DNA of 64,000 nt. It comes from Candidatus Micrarchaeota archaeon (lineage in GTDB: Archaea; Micrarchaeota; Micrarchaeia; Micrarchaeales; CABMGC01). Under the pieces are notes generated by a model that saw nothing but the letters and a program-made list of their open reading frames with translations, was not told where the DNA came from and did not search any database. This document shows, piece by piece, positions 63,336-64,000 of this stretch (its first letter is position 1; every line of letters starts with the position of its first letter). The stretch covers positions 32,129-96,128 of the forward strand of contig JAGDYB010000019.1 of the NCBI GenBank assembly GCA_023270055.1, read 5' to 3'. A program made the position numbers and the translations under genes.

Positions 63336-64000
63336 CTAGTTGCCAAACCTTCTTTCTCTTGTGCTATAATCCATCAAGGCTTTTTCAAGGTCCATCTTGC
63401 TGAAGTCAGGCCAGAGTTTCCTCGAGAAATAGAGCTCAGAGTATGCGGACTGCAAAGGCATGAATCCCGAAAGCCTCATTTCCCCGGATGTCCTTATTAC
63501 AAGATCTATGTTTGGTATATCCTTTGAAATAAGGTAGTTGCTGAAGTTCGAGAGGCTTAGCCTTATCACCCTGCCTTTGTCCAAAACTGTTTTCGCATAT
63601 TCCTTTGCCGCATACAGTATGTCTGCGCCTCCTCCGTACCCAATGAGCATATTTATGACATTTTTCTTGTAGCCCTCGGTTTTTGCTTCGGCATTTTCGA
63701 GCGCTTTTTCAAGGTCGCCAGGAAGCAGTTCCCTTCTCCCAATTATTCTGAGCCTGGTTTCGTTCTGGCGCAATCTTTCTATTATGTTTTCATCCAGCGC
63801 CGTTTTTTTGTATATCTTGAACAGTATGCTGAGCTCGTTGCTTTTTCTTTTCAGATTTTCCGTGGACAAGGCCCAAACCGTAAGATTTTTTATTCCATAT
63901 CCCAGGCACCATTCGCTGAAATCTATGAACTTGTTTACGCCCTGCTGGTAACCCTCAAAAAAAGATATATTGTTTCTTTTGGACCATCTCCTGTTTCCAT
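63336..64000 (-). CDS. uppS: cis-Prenyltransferase (undecaprenyl/dehydrodolichyl diphosphate synthase), 5'-truncated by the window edge
   Basis: My translation of the reading frame upstream of the track ORF gives '..GNRRWSKRNNISFFEGYQQGVNKFIDFSEWCLGYGIKNLTVWALSTENLKR', followed by 'IRTSGEMRLSGF' and 'YSELYFSRKLWPDF'. The N-terminus lies beyond position 64000. Confidence 0.85.
   Translation of the reverse strand, partial: GNRRWSKRNNISFFEGYQQGVNKFIDFSEWCLGYGIKNLTVWALSTENLKRKSNELSILFKIYKKTALDENIIERLRQNETRLRIIGRRELLPGDLEKALENAEAKTEGYKKNVINMLIGYGGGADILYAAKEYAKTVLDKGRVIRLSLSNFSNYLISKDIPNIDLVIRTSGEMRLSGFMPLQSAYSELYFSRKLWPDFSKMDLEKALMDYSTRERRFGN

Noticed and set aside
1-64000. I looked for CRISPR arrays, rRNA genes, transposases, integrases and prophage-like blocks.
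   Set aside because: No regularly spaced direct repeats, no rRNA-like conserved stretches, and no ORF with transposase, integrase or capsid-like motifs were seen. Only short local repeats exist, and those are reported separately.

Overview
This is a densely coded archaeal chromosomal window, dominated by information-processing genes on both strands. I did not compute GC content or coding density; by eye the sequence is moderately AT-rich.

**Main gene content**
- ADP-forming acetyl-CoA synthetase (beta then alpha subunit), a beta-CASP RNase, a single-OB SSB and Orc1/Cdc6.
- The archaeal 'exosome superoperon': Rpp30, Pop5, PsmA, SBDS, Rrp4, Rrp41, Rrp42, L37Ae, an unknown 122-aa protein, and a 43-aa RpoP that is missing from the ORF track.
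- A histone operon, HisRS, geranylgeranyl reductase, AglB/STT3 plus a GT4 glycosyltransferase, and a thermosome subunit.
- The tail of the spc cluster (Adk, DUF106, L34e, Cmk, L14e).
- Both PolD subunits, SecY and GTP-PEPCK.
- A fragmented RNAP/ribosomal-protein cluster (RpoD, L13, S9, RpoN, S2, and separately S13, S4, S11).
- Class II LysRS, and a dolichol-kinase-like / DUF2070 / UppS group at the 3' end. UppS runs off the window.

**tRNAs**
I folded six tRNA genes by hand: Arg-UCU, Lys-UUU, Asn-GUU, Leu-GAG, Pro and Ser-GGA. Four carry introns. Three of those introns sit at non-canonical T-arm positions.

**Not found**
I saw no rRNA, CRISPR array, transposase, integrase or obvious prophage.

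**Likely host**
PolD, a histone, a single-OB SSB, class II LysRS and T-arm tRNA introns suggest a small-genome Thermoplasmata-like or DPANN (Micrarchaeota/ARMAN-like) archaeon. That is inference only.

**Most unusual items**
- A 999-aa tandem calcineurin-like phosphoesterase with a long coiled-coil insertion.
- A stand-alone single-repeat TBP-like protein.
- The intron-rich tRNAs, including a tRNA-Pro whose anticodon reads AGG.
- A C/D-box-like motif in the histone leader.
- An N-terminally extended AglB.

All functional calls rest on motif recognition by eye. No database search was run.
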